Positions 50,276-60,374 of a DNA stretch of 64,000 nucleotides are shown here, one piece after another; position 1 is the stretch's first letter, and each line of letters starts with the position of its first letter. Source of the stretch: Candidatus Ryanbacteria bacterium CG10_big_fil_rev_8_21_14_0_10_43_42. Its GTDB lineage: Bacteria; Patescibacteriota; Minisyncoccia; Ryanbacterales; 2-02-FULL-48-12. The stretch lies in the NCBI GenBank assembly GCA_002793915.1, contig PFEF01000010.1, positions 60,011 to 124,010 on the forward strand, in the 5' to 3' direction. Under the pieces are notes generated by a model, which saw only the letters and a program-made list of their open reading frames with translations, ran no database searches and had not been told where the DNA came from. A program made the translations under genes and the position numbers.

Positions 50276-51217
50276 TTAATTCCGAAGCCAGTCGGCAAGC
50301 AATATTGTATCTTTAAACCTTCCTTCCCTGCTCGATCCTAAAATAACAATAATAACAGGATGTCCTAGTGGTATCTCCGCTAAGGACACAAGAGAACCAT
50401 GCGTGGTGTCGGTAAATCCTGTTTTCCCTCCTGTAATACCCGGAATTTCTTGAGGTAGTGCATTTATGGAAGAAAGCGGGTAAAGATTACCTTCAAATGA
50501 ATGAACGGTATAAGTTGCCTTGCGGGAAAATTCCCATAATGAAGGATACTGTTCCGCATATGTTACAAGAAGAGCGACGTCATAGGCGGTGGATATGTTG
50601 CTGACAATGCCGGCGTCCTCGTTAATATCGAGTCCCGTAGGATTTTGAAATATGGTGTGCATAAGGCCTATTTCATAGGCTTTTTCATTCATGAGGGATA
50701 CAAATATGTTTTGACTTTCTTGAAATGATGATGCTCCCCGCAAAGTGCCGATATGTTCAGCAATGCTTGCGGCGGCATCGTTGCTTGATTCCATCATCAT
50801 CATTGCGATAAGATCTTTTAAACGAAGATGGTCGCCGGGAAGAAGATTACCGGCAATGCCTTCCGTAGCGATGGCATCCGGACTTATAAAAATAAGTTCA
50901 TCCGCACCTGCCTGTTCGAGGGCAACGATAGCTGTCATTATCTTGGTAAGACTTGCAATACCTATTGTTTGATTTTCATTTTTCCCAAAAATAGTTGTTT
51001 CCGAGAGAGGATCAAATACTAGTGCCGCCAGTGCTTCCACGGTTGGTGCGTCCGGCCGGACGGTCTCATGTTCTCTCAATATCTGTTCTTGTCCGAGAGA
51101 TGTGTAGAGGGATGCCCGGGTGTGCGTGCGTAAAGTACTGCTCATACTGGGAATTATCGGTGTGAGGGCAAGGACGGCAATAGCCAATATAAGAGCTGTG
51201 TTTTGAGTGGGTGACAT
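50276..51217 (-). CDS. D-alanyl-D-alanine carboxypeptidase (S11)
   Basis: ASLTK, SSNDAA, KTGFT. Confidence 0.9.
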   Translation of the reverse strand: MSPTQNTALILAIAVLALTPIIPSMSSTLRTHTRASLYTSLGQEQILREHETVRPDAPTVEALAALVFDPLSETTIFGKNENQTIGIASLTKIMTAIVALEQAGADELIFISPDAIATEGIAGNLLPGDHLRLKDLIAMMMMESSNDAAASIAEHIGTLRGASSFQESQNIFVSLMNEKAYEIGLMHTIFQNPTGLDINEDAGIVSNISTAYDVALLVTYAEQYPSLWEFSRKATYTVHSFEGNLYPLSSINALPQEIPGITGGKTGFTDTTHGSLVSLAEIPLGHPVIIVILGSSREGRFKDTILLADWLRN

Positions 51218-51251
51218 TTAGTTGCAAAAAATTAAATAATAATACAGCGAT

Positions 51252-51812
51252 TTATGCTTGAGGCGCTATGGTGTGAGCCTCAAGTTCTTGTCTGTATGTT
51301 TCATATTCCGGCAAATCGGCAAAGGATGCAAGTCCCAAGAATTTCATAAAATCCACGGTGGGACGATAATGATATGTACGGACATCCTGTTTTATATGAA
51401 TACGTTCTACAAGTCCCCGTGTGAGAAGATTACGAAGAGTAAAAGCCGAATTTACACCGCGGATATAGTCAATTTCCGGACGGCTAATGGGATGCCGGTA
51501 TGCGATTATGGTAAGAGTTTCAAGCGCGGCTTTGGACATATCGCCCCATAATTCAGCTTTAATAAGCTCTTCTATGTAGGATGCGTAATGAGGAGCTGTT
51601 ACCAGAGAAACATGGTTGTCTTTGGTAAGAATTCGCAGTCCGCGTATTTCAAGCATGCGTTCTAATTCTGTACATGCTTGTACCACCGTTGTTTCATCCT
51701 TTTTTGTAATGGCGGCGAGTTTTTTATGCGACACAGGGTCTCCTGAAACAAATAACAATGCTTCTATAATGCGCGCAAGTTCGCTAATATCCTGGTGACT
51801 GTGCATGAACAC
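51252..51812 (-). CDS. scpB: SMC-Scp complex subunit ScpB
   Basis: IEALLFVSG, ALETLTIIAY, IDYIRGVNS. Confidence 0.95.
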   Translation of the reverse strand: MFMHSHQDISELARIIEALLFVSGDPVSHKKLAAITKKDETTVVQACTELERMLEIRGLRILTKDNHVSLVTAPHYASYIEELIKAELWGDMSKAALETLTIIAYRHPISRPEIDYIRGVNSAFTLRNLLTRGLVERIHIKQDVRTYHYRPTVDFMKFLGLASFADLPEYETYRQELEAHTIAPQA

Positions 51813-51827
51813 AGTATAGCATTTTGT

Positions 51828-52529
51828 CTAGGATTTATGCATAGTAATATCCCCAAAGCGTGCTTCTTGGTTTGCAAGCATGAGCCCTTGTTTTATAAGT
51901 TCCAGCATAGCAAGAAAGCTTATAATTATCTCCCCTTTTTCAACATTCCCTCGTACAAGTGAGGAAAAGGACATATGAATATTTTTTTGCATGCGTTTTT
52001 CCAGTTCTGCCATTCGTTCTTCTATGGAAATAATGACCTGAATGGTTTTTTCCGGAAGGAGTTCTTTTTGAGGTATTGCATCCATCATGGCGCGCATCAT
52101 ACGCATCATATCTTCTACGGTAAGTGATTCGGGAGGATAAAAAACTGTTGGCAGATCGGTAGGTAATGTTCGTGCATACATGTGTCTTCCTGCTTTTTTC
52201 AGATGCATAATATGGGAGGAAAGCTCGCGGAGACGCCGATAGACTTGAAGGCGATCTTCCAGTTCTTCAATATCCTGTTTTTCCTCCTTAGTGAGTTCCA
52301 AATGCGGTAAAAGGGATCGTGATTTAGCGAGCATAAGAGTGGCGGCAATAACCAAAAAGGACGCAACCTCTCCCGGACGAAATGACTCAAGATTTTTTAC
52401 ATATGCCATGTATTGATCGGCAATAACAGCAAGAGATACTTCATTGATTGAAAGTTTATTTTTATCAATGAGATCCAAGAGGAGTTCCAAAGGTCCTTCA
52501 AATGAGTCTGTTTGTATCCGATAATGCAT
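51828..52529 (-). CDS. scpA: Segregation/condensation protein A
   Basis: FEGPLELLL, KSRSLLP, FLAMLEL. Confidence 0.95.
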   Translation of the reverse strand: MHYRIQTDSFEGPLELLLDLIDKNKLSINEVSLAVIADQYMAYVKNLESFRPGEVASFLVIAATLMLAKSRSLLPHLELTKEEKQDIEELEDRLQVYRRLRELSSHIMHLKKAGRHMYARTLPTDLPTVFYPPESLTVEDMMRMMRAMMDAIPQKELLPEKTIQVIISIEERMAELEKRMQKNIHMSFSSLVRGNVEKGEIIISFLAMLELIKQGLMLANQEARFGDITMHKS

Positions 52530-52533
52530 ATGC

Positions 52534-53937
52534 TTATTTTTTTTCTTCAATGATGCGAATTCCCAATTCGTTTAGTTGTTCTTCCGTGGCGGGGCTCGGT
52601 GCATTCATCATAAGGTCGCGTCCATCCCCTGTTTTAGGAAAAGCGATTACTTCACGTATATTCGGTTCATTTGTAAGGAGGGCAATGAGGCGATCCAATC
52701 CCCAGGCAATACCGCCATGTGGAGGTGCGCCATACGAAAGTGCCTCCATCATATGACCGAATTCCTTTTCAATATGATTTTTTTCGAAACCCATAATTTC
52801 AAATACTTTTTCCAAAAGTTCAGGCTTATGATTACGGATACTACCACCCGCAATTTCATAGCCATTGAGCGCAATATCATACTGTGACGTAATAATATCC
52901 CCGATATGTTCTTTGGCGTGAAGCCACTCTTCATGTTCGGGAATGGGACGCGAAAATGGATTATGCGTGAATGTCCATTCTCCTTTATCTGTTTTCTCAA
53001 AAAAGGGAAAATCAATTATCCAACAAAATGCGAGGAGATTCGGGTCTTCTTTATCTTTACGAAGATCGGGGCGATCTGAATTATATTTCTCTATTGCTTC
53101 TTTGTAGGTGAGGCGCGGAAAGGGCATTTCCTGAATAATTTTTTCCGGAGCGATTTTTTGCACCAGATGCGTTATTAAATCTTCATTAAGTTGCATAACA
53201 TTTTCTCGTTCGGTAAATGCGAGTTCCATATCAAGCTGGGTAAATTCGGGTTGACGATCCCCTCTCGTATCTTCGTCACGCAAACAGCGCGCTATTTGAA
53301 AATAGCGTTCAAATCCAGCGGTCATTAAAAGCTGTTTATATTGTTGCGGACTTTGGGGAAGTGCATAAAATGTTCCCTGTTGGAGGCGGCTTGGAACCAG
53401 ATAGTCACGTGCGCCTTCCGGCGTTGATTTTGTAAGAAGGGGTGTTTCTATTTCTAGAAAATCTCGCGCGCTTAGAAAGTCGCGTATAGTTTTTATAGCC
53501 TTACTGCGGAGAGCAAAATTTTTCTGCATACGCGCGCGTCGCAGATCAAGGTAGCGGTATTTCATGCGATGTTCTTCGCCAATGTCATACCCATCGCCGG
53601 CAATACTAAAGGGAGGCGTTTTGGCAGTGTTAAGGATCTCCACGCCCGTCACATCAAGTTCAAATTTTCCGGTGGGAAGATCTTCATTTACCATGTTATC
53701 CGGCCGTTTTTTTACGGTACCGGTTACGGAAATTACCCACTCGGAGCGTAGCGTGTCTGCAATGGCATATACACCTTTATTCCCGGCAAAAAAAACGATC
53801 TGTGCGATGTCAGATGTGTCGCGAAGGTCTATAAAAATAAGCTTTCCATGGTCGCGTCGCGTGTCCACCCATCCGGCAAGCGTTACTTCTTCGCCTTCTT
53901 TATTTACAATATCTTTAATATGTGTCCTGTTTTCCAT
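52534..53937 (-). CDS. aspS: Aspartate--tRNA ligase, short form without GAD insertion, probably non-discriminating
   Basis: RRDHG, STPEGARDY, LPQSPQQYKQ, RQPEFTQLD, GAPPHGG. Confidence 0.95.
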   Translation of the reverse strand: MENRTHIKDIVNKEGEEVTLAGWVDTRRDHGKLIFIDLRDTSDIAQIVFFAGNKGVYAIADTLRSEWVISVTGTVKKRPDNMVNEDLPTGKFELDVTGVEILNTAKTPPFSIAGDGYDIGEEHRMKYRYLDLRRARMQKNFALRSKAIKTIRDFLSARDFLEIETPLLTKSTPEGARDYLVPSRLQQGTFYALPQSPQQYKQLLMTAGFERYFQIARCLRDEDTRGDRQPEFTQLDMELAFTERENVMQLNEDLITHLVQKIAPEKIIQEMPFPRLTYKEAIEKYNSDRPDLRKDKEDPNLLAFCWIIDFPFFEKTDKGEWTFTHNPFSRPIPEHEEWLHAKEHIGDIITSQYDIALNGYEIAGGSIRNHKPELLEKVFEIMGFEKNHIEKEFGHMMEALSYGAPPHGGIAWGLDRLIALLTNEPNIREVIAFPKTGDGRDLMMNAPSPATEEQLNELGIRIIEEKK

Positions 53938-54238
53938 GTCTCTAATCCTAGCAAATATACACTTAAAAACAATCTTTCCAGGCTATTTTTTGAGATTGTA
54001 AAAAGGAAAACCATTTTTATTGGAATTAATATATACCGGAAATACTTTCTTTGGTTTTTTATAGTTACATACCAGTGCCATATCATATATTTATTCTGAA
54101 ACATGATGCGTGATTTTTCATGCCTGTGGTCTATTATTATCAACATGTATAAGAATATTTTGTGTATGAAAATGCTATTCTAAATGGAAGAATATAGATA
54201 TGTAATTGGATTATAATATCGTTGTAAGTTTTTATGTT

Positions 54239-55468
54239 ATGAAGGTTCTTATGTTTGGATGGGAGTTGCCGCCCCATAATAGCGGCGGTCTTGGCACTGC
54301 GTGCGCCGGCCTCGCACGTGCCCTTACCATGCGGGATATTGAGCTAACCTTTGTACTTCCAAGAAAAGTCCCTATAGATACCTTCGGTTATCGTATTATA
54401 TTTGCGGCAGATCAGTTTGGACGGGATTCTTCATACATACCAGGTGCCTTGTCTCCCTACGCGACTACACCGGGCGGATGGGCTCATGGAATAAAAGGAA
54501 CACGCCTTATACAAGGAGGCACGTTTATTAACGAAGTTGAGCGATATAAAATATTTGCAGGCGCGTATGCTACGCGTGTTTCATTTGACGTTATTCACGC
54601 TCACGACTGGCTGTCTATTCCCGCCGGCATTGAAGCGAAGCGTGTAAGTGGAAAACCGCTCGTTGTACATATACATGCTACCGAGTTCGATAGAACAGGA
54701 AATGGGAATATTAATCAGTATGTCTATGAAATAGAACGCATGGGTATTCAAGAAGCTGATCGTGTAATTGCGGTTTCTTGGTTTACGAAAAATATCCTCG
54801 TAAACCATTACGGTGCCGATCCGGATAAAATTATGGTGGTCCATAATGGTGTTGATGTCCCCTCTTCCGCCACAATAAGCTCATATCAGCATGTTTTGCA
54901 GGCGCACCGCGCGGCCGGCAAGAAAATAGTTTTGTATGTGGGGCGTCTTACGCTTCAAAAAGGACCTGATTATTTTCTTCGTGCCGCGAAAGATGTATTG
55001 GAGCGGGAGAAGAATGTTTTATTTGTTATGGTGGGATCCGGAGATATGGAACAGCAACTCATTGAGGAAGCGGCGCGATTTGCTATCTCTGATCGTTTTT
55101 TATTTACCGGTTTTTTAAGAGGAAACGAGTTGGGTAGTGTATTTACGGCAGCTGATTTATTTGTGATGCCGTCAGTTTCCGAACCATTTGGCATCGTGCC
55201 TCTTGAATCGCTTATTTATGGTGTGCCGGTGCTTATTTCAAAACAGTCGGGTATTTCCGAAGTATTGCGACATGCACTCAAGGTGGATTTTTGGGATAAA
55301 GACGATATGGTCAATAGCATAATTTCTGTTATACGACACCAATCCCTTCATGCCACATTATCCTCTTTGGGGAGACAGGAGGCATATGCGCAATCATGGG
55401 AACGCGCTGCCGAAAAATGTTTGCGTATATATGATAGTATTAAAGAACAGTCCATTACTACAGTATGA
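54239..55468 (+). CDS. GT4 glycosyltransferase (glycogen synthase-like)
   Basis: FGWELPPHNSGGLG, HAHDW, PSVSEPFGIVPLE. Confidence 0.9.
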   Translation: MKVLMFGWELPPHNSGGLGTACAGLARALTMRDIELTFVLPRKVPIDTFGYRIIFAADQFGRDSSYIPGALSPYATTPGGWAHGIKGTRLIQGGTFINEVERYKIFAGAYATRVSFDVIHAHDWLSIPAGIEAKRVSGKPLVVHIHATEFDRTGNGNINQYVYEIERMGIQEADRVIAVSWFTKNILVNHYGADPDKIMVVHNGVDVPSSATISSYQHVLQAHRAAGKKIVLYVGRLTLQKGPDYFLRAAKDVLEREKNVLFVMVGSGDMEQQLIEEAARFAISDRFLFTGFLRGNELGSVFTAADLFVMPSVSEPFGIVPLESLIYGVPVLISKQSGISEVLRHALKVDFWDKDDMVNSIISVIRHQSLHATLSSLGRQEAYAQSWERAAEKCLRIYDSIKEQSITTV

Positions 55469-56721
55469 GTTCCGTTTGTTTTTATTTTCAGGTACACCAG
55501 CCGTTGCGCATAAAACCGTACCGTATTTTTGATATCGGTCATGACCATGACTATTTTAACGACAACAGCGATACAAATCTAAACAATAAAAAAATACTCC
55601 ATAAGGTCGCGGAAAAGTGCTATATCCCCGCAAACGAAATGCTACTGTCGCTTTTGAAGCGTCATCCTGAATTTAAAGTAAGCTTTTCCATTAGCGGGAT
55701 TGCACTTGAACAATTTGAACAATATGCTCCGCATGTTTTAGAATCATTCCAAAAATTAGTGGAAACAGGTCGTGTCGAGATTCTTTCCGAAACGTATTAT
55801 CATTCATTGGCATCTCTTTCTTCTCCTAAGGAATTTGCGCGTCAAATACATCAGCATCGGCAGAAAGTTTACGATGTATTTAACTTGTGGCCGGATGTAT
55901 TTCGTAACACAGAACTTGTATACAAAAATAGCATAGCCGAAGAGGTCGGAAAATTGGGCTTTAAAGGTATGCTTATGGAAGGTGCTGATCATATACTTGG
56001 ATGGAGGAGTCCCAATTATGTTTACGCATCCCGCAGTGATAATTTTAGCATCAAGCTTCTTCTTAAAAATTATCGCTTGTCCGATGATATTGCGTTTCGA
56101 TTCGGTGAGACATCCTGGCATGAATATCCCCTTACGGCCCCGAAATTTGCTCACTGGGTTAATGCGCATAACGGAAACGGTGATGTTATTAATCTTTTTA
56201 TGGATTATGAAACATTCGGTGAGCATCAATGGAAAGAAACAGGTATTTTTAATTTTTTAAGCGCTTTGCCGGCGGAAATCTTAAAACATCCCGATAATTC
56301 ATTTATTACCCCGAGTGAAGCTATAATGCATTACCCTTCAGTGAGCGAATTGGATGTGCCTCATCCGGTATCGTGGGCGGATATCGAACGAGATCTTTCC
56401 GCTTGGCTGTCCAATCCCATGCAGTATGATGCTATGAGAGCCATATACGCCATGGAGGAAGATGTTCTTCGTACAAAGAATCCTGTGCTCATTGCTGATT
56501 GGAGAAAATTGCAGACATCAGACCATTTTTATTATATGTGTACAAAATGGTTCGCAGATGGTGATGTGCATGCATATTTTAATCCGTATACGTCGCCTTA
56601 TGAGGCGTTTATAGCTTATATGAATGTTATTGCCGATATGAATTTACGTGTGGAAAGTGCACCGAAATATATCACGTGGCCGGTCGTGATGAAGAAAATA
56701 CAGGAATTTTTTAATAACTAA
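55465..56721 (+). CDS. GH57 alpha-amylase-like protein
   Basis: FQVHQP, ETYYHSL, FRNTEL, FMDYETFGEHQW, QTSDHFYYM. Confidence 0.92.
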   Translation: MSSVCFYFQVHQPLRIKPYRIFDIGHDHDYFNDNSDTNLNNKKILHKVAEKCYIPANEMLLSLLKRHPEFKVSFSISGIALEQFEQYAPHVLESFQKLVETGRVEILSETYYHSLASLSSPKEFARQIHQHRQKVYDVFNLWPDVFRNTELVYKNSIAEEVGKLGFKGMLMEGADHILGWRSPNYVYASRSDNFSIKLLLKNYRLSDDIAFRFGETSWHEYPLTAPKFAHWVNAHNGNGDVINLFMDYETFGEHQWKETGIFNFLSALPAEILKHPDNSFITPSEAIMHYPSVSELDVPHPVSWADIERDLSAWLSNPMQYDAMRAIYAMEEDVLRTKNPVLIADWRKLQTSDHFYYMCTKWFADGDVHAYFNPYTSPYEAFIAYMNVIADMNLRVESAPKYITWPVVMKKIQEFFNN

Positions 56722-56733
56722 TACAATAAACTT

Positions 56734-57063
56734 ATGAAGACATTGGAAAAGAAAAAAGTGGTATCGAAAAAAAGAACAGTGAAAAAAACAAAAGGACATG
56801 TATGTGTTTCCGAAGCGCATGCAGAGCATTGTTTTTGGGTGCATAATGGACCAGTCATCAGTACTATTTCCGAACTGATTCAGTCGTTGCAAACCATGGC
56901 GGATGATCAATTTGATTACCATACGAAACGCGCCGGTAATGATTTTGCTCTGTGGGTTAAAGAAGTACTTGGTGATAATCAGTGTGCCGCTGTCATGAGT
57001 CGTGCACGCACGCGGGCGGGAATGCTTAAGGCATTATCGAGTCATCGCAATTCTTGTAATTAG
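56734..57063 (+). CDS. DUF5752-like small protein associated with alpha-glucan clusters
   Basis: FDYH....NDFALWVKEVLGD motif. Confidence 0.65.
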   Translation: MKTLEKKKVVSKKRTVKKTKGHVCVSEAHAEHCFWVHNGPVISTISELIQSLQTMADDQFDYHTKRAGNDFALWVKEVLGDNQCAAVMSRARTRAGMLKALSSHRNSCN

Positions 57064-57068
57064 ACATC

Positions 57069-59066
57069 ATGGCAAATTCTTTTGTATTGGGAAACGGGAC
57101 TATCCTTTTATGTTTTGACGCACACGGTGCCGTTAATGATTTTTATTATCCCTATGTTGGTTCAGAGAATCATGTGGGTCATGGCAGAACGCATCGTATT
57201 GGTGTGTGGATAGACGGTGAGTTTTCGTGGATGAATGACGGTTCTTGGAACATTGAAGCCGGTTTTGAACGTGGTACGATGGCCTCCCGTATACGGGCTG
57301 TTAACGAAGGCCTTCAAATTGAAATTTCTTTTACGGACGTTGTGTATAATGAAAGCAATATATTCCTTCGGTGTGCTGTCGTTCGCAATAAAGACAAAAA
57401 AAGAAGGGAGATCAGAGTGTTTTTTAGTCAGCAGTTTTCCGTGGGCGGTACGGGTTTTGCAAATACGGTGTATGTCCATAAAGATAAAAAAACCGTTATT
57501 CATTATAAGGGGCGCAATGTATTTTTAGTATCCGGCATGCATGCGGGTACGTATTTTGATGATTATTCCGTGGGACTTGCCGAGGTGGAAGGAAAGGAAG
57601 GAACATGGAAAGATGCTGAAGATGGTATTCTCGCAAAGAATGCCATTGAGCACGGAACGGTAGATTCCACTATAGGCTTCACTCTTTCCATAGGGGCGGA
57701 TAGTGAAGAAGATGTATATTATTGGGTTACCGTCGGTCATACATTAGGTGAAGCGACGAATCTTCATGAGGATGTTATAAAAAAGACCCCGGCGCATATA
57801 CGAGAGAGCACTATAGACTACTGGCATGCATGGTTGTCTAAAAGATCATTCACCTTTCACGGACTTAGTAATAAGGCGGCGGATTTATTTAACACATCTC
57901 TTCTTGTTATACGGGCGCATAATGATAATCATGGCGGAATACTTGCATCCGGCGATTCGGTTATTTTGCAGTACGGTAGGGATACTTATGGGTATGTGTG
58001 GCCGCGCGACGGTGCTATTACGGCGGATGCCTTGGATAAGGCGGGTTATTTTCATATTGGTGAGCGATTTTATACGTTTTGCAACGATCTTCTTTCCGAA
58101 GACGGTTATATGCTTCATAAATATAATGCCGATCGATCGTTCGGAAGTTCTTGGCATCCATGGTTGCATGATGGAAAGCCTCAGCTGGCAATTCAGGAAG
58201 ATGAGACTGCCCTTCCTTTAGCGTTATTATGGAATCATTATGAGCTTACGCGCGACTTGGAGTTTGTGGAGTTAATTTATAATTCGTTCATTGTGCGCGC
58301 GGGCCAGTTTCTTTTGGACTACAGGGATCCGAAAACACATCTTCCTCTGCCCAGCTATGATTTATGGGAAGAGCGGAACGGTATTCATTGTTTTACGGCA
58401 AGCTCTGTTTATGGTGCACTTGTTGCCGTTTCCCGATTTGCTCATTTACTTGGCAAAGAAAAGGATACGGTCAGATTTGAAAAAGCCGCCCAGTTGATGA
58501 AAGCGGCAGTTCTTAAATATTTTTATAATAAAAAAGAAGGATATTTTATTCGCTCCTTATGGTTCGAGGGTACTGATATGGTGGAGGATACCATTATAGA
58601 TTCAAGTTCGGCTTATGGAATATTTCGCTTTGGACTTCTCCCCTCTCATGATAAGCGACTTGTATCGGCATTTGGATATACAAAAGAAAAATTGGGCGTT
58701 CCCTTGGGAGATCATTGGGGATTGGCACGGTATGAGGGAGATATGTATTATCGGGTACATAATAAGCAATATCCCGGTAATCCCTGGCTGGTTACCACGC
58801 TTTGGTATGTCGAATACAAAATTTCAATGGCAAAAACGGCAACGGATCTGGAAGAAATTCGTTCTATGCTAGAGTGGGTAGCAGATTATACGGGCGGCGG
58901 CGGTATGCTTCCCGAGCAAATCAATCCTTATACGGGCGATCCGTTGTCGGCACTGCCGCTTACCTGGAGTCATTCGGCATATGTGCTTGCCTGTATTGAG
59001 TATCTTAAGCGATTAAATGCACTTGGTCTCTGCATCACCTGCTACCCCATTCAAAACGATCTGTGA
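57069..59066 (+). CDS. GH15 glucoamylase-like protein
   Basis: YVWPRDG, QEDET, DLWEE, LPEQ, PLTWSH. Confidence 0.92.
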   Translation: MANSFVLGNGTILLCFDAHGAVNDFYYPYVGSENHVGHGRTHRIGVWIDGEFSWMNDGSWNIEAGFERGTMASRIRAVNEGLQIEISFTDVVYNESNIFLRCAVVRNKDKKRREIRVFFSQQFSVGGTGFANTVYVHKDKKTVIHYKGRNVFLVSGMHAGTYFDDYSVGLAEVEGKEGTWKDAEDGILAKNAIEHGTVDSTIGFTLSIGADSEEDVYYWVTVGHTLGEATNLHEDVIKKTPAHIRESTIDYWHAWLSKRSFTFHGLSNKAADLFNTSLLVIRAHNDNHGGILASGDSVILQYGRDTYGYVWPRDGAITADALDKAGYFHIGERFYTFCNDLLSEDGYMLHKYNADRSFGSSWHPWLHDGKPQLAIQEDETALPLALLWNHYELTRDLEFVELIYNSFIVRAGQFLLDYRDPKTHLPLPSYDLWEERNGIHCFTASSVYGALVAVSRFAHLLGKEKDTVRFEKAAQLMKAAVLKYFYNKKEGYFIRSLWFEGTDMVEDTIIDSSSAYGIFRFGLLPSHDKRLVSAFGYTKEKLGVPLGDHWGLARYEGDMYYRVHNKQYPGNPWLVTTLWYVEYKISMAKTATDLEEIRSMLEWVADYTGGGGMLPEQINPYTGDPLSALPLTWSHSAYVLACIEYLKRLNALGLCITCYPIQNDL

Positions 59067-59113
59067 TGTATGGGAATTACATAGATCCTGCTAAAAACGG
59101 ACAACAAAAAATG

Positions 59114-59142
59114 TTGACACTATATTAGTTCTATAGTATTAT
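59114..59142 (+). promoter_or_regulatory. sigma70-type promoter
   Basis: TTGACA-17 nt-TATTAT. Confidence 0.7.
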
Positions 59143-59216
59143 ATCTTTGAAGCAGTTCTTAAAAAAATATTCAAAAACTGAAAATATTTTTGAATATTGA
59201 AGAATAGGAGGATAGT

Positions 59217-59336
59217 ATGGGCGTGCCGATTTCCGAGATGGATCCCATGTTTCTTTTAGCTTGTGTAGGAACAACCCTTTGGTTGATCGGCTATTGTTAT
59301 TACGCTTTGCGTAACCGGAAAAAGCGAGGGATATAG
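59217..59336 (+). CDS. 39-aa single-TM peptide (not in ORF track)
   Basis: AGGAGG SD; MGVPISEMDPMFLLACVGTTLWLIGYCYYALRNRKKRGI; own promoter and terminator. Confidence 0.6.
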   Translation: MGVPISEMDPMFLLACVGTTLWLIGYCYYALRNRKKRGI

Positions 59337-59382
59337 GAGCAGTATAGACATATTGATTTTGGAGACGGATCCTGTTTTTTAT

Positions 59383-59414
59383 AAGGTCAGTTTTAAACTG
59401 GCCTTTTTCTTTTT
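59383..59414 (+). terminator. Rho-independent terminator
   Basis: AAGGTCAGTT-tta-AACTGGCCTT followed by a T-rich tail. Confidence 0.7.
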
Positions 59415-59526
59415 AAAAGCTTGAGTTTTCAACTTTTCCACCTACTTCCCCCTGAATCCATCTTCCCCTTAATTGTAATAAAAAAAGCCCGAGATGAAAT
59501 AAATCATTAGGGACTTGGAAAGGGGT

Positions 59527-59774
59527 GGGGGTTCTTTATGTAAGACCCTGTATTGTCACGAATGGCCACGCGGCCAACGTTATTCCTGCATAGAAGTGCT
59601 TAGAAACTAACAATACGGGCATAGATAGAGCTTCCTAGGCGCAATGAAGGGTGGGGGAAGAATAAAACCCACCCCAGAGACTGGGACCTCGCCAAAGCAC
59701 ACGGCGAGTTGGAAAGGAGTCGCCTCCAACACCCGAAAGAATCTAAGAATCTTTTGAAAATCTTACGAACCCCC
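59527..59774 (+). ncRNA. Candidate structured RNA or miniature element of about 250 nt, family not recognised
   Basis: Closing helix GGGGGTTC..GTAAGA / TCTTAC GAACCCCC enclosing several hairpins. Confidence 0.5.
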
Positions 59775-60374
59775 GTAGGCTGTATAGCGCTGTATAGCAT
59801 TGAAAAAATACTTTTTCAAGAGTATGTATCCGTTCACCACATAGAAGTACATAATATAACACAATAGGTTGTATTCATTAGCTATATCTTTTTTGCAGAG
59901 CATACCTGACCATAAAAGTTGACAAAAAGTTTTAGGCTATTGTAAATTTTCTCGTGCATCTGATAAGTATTGAATGATTTCCTCTTGTCGCTCTAATAAC
60001 TCCATCAACCGTTCTTCATGCCAAAGTATTACAACAGTTATTCTATCTTCATCGTTTGCTGCCATTATAACCGCATCAACGTCTTTATTCCTAATTTCTT
60101 TAACAGTTTCCTGCTTAATTTCAATATTCAGTTCTATTATATCTATAAGAGTATCTGTAAGTATTGAAAGATCTTTATAGTGCCGGTATATCAGCAAGTA
60201 TTTATTTGGAATATTTGTTTTCCCCACACCATACATATCTGCAAGGACAGAAAGACTATAATCTGCCAAATCTTTATTGTTTTGAAGAATTTTTATTTTT
60301 TCTTCCAGATGAGGAGTAAGTTCATTTTGAATAACATCAATCATCTGTTTAGATATAGCAGGATCATCAATAAT

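Noticed and set aside
59527-59800. rnpB on the minus strand, or the 66-aa ORF 59600..59800
   Set aside because: Only a vague resemblance to the RNase P 3' motif, the 5' conserved motif is absent, and wobble pairs favour the + strand; the ORF has no support
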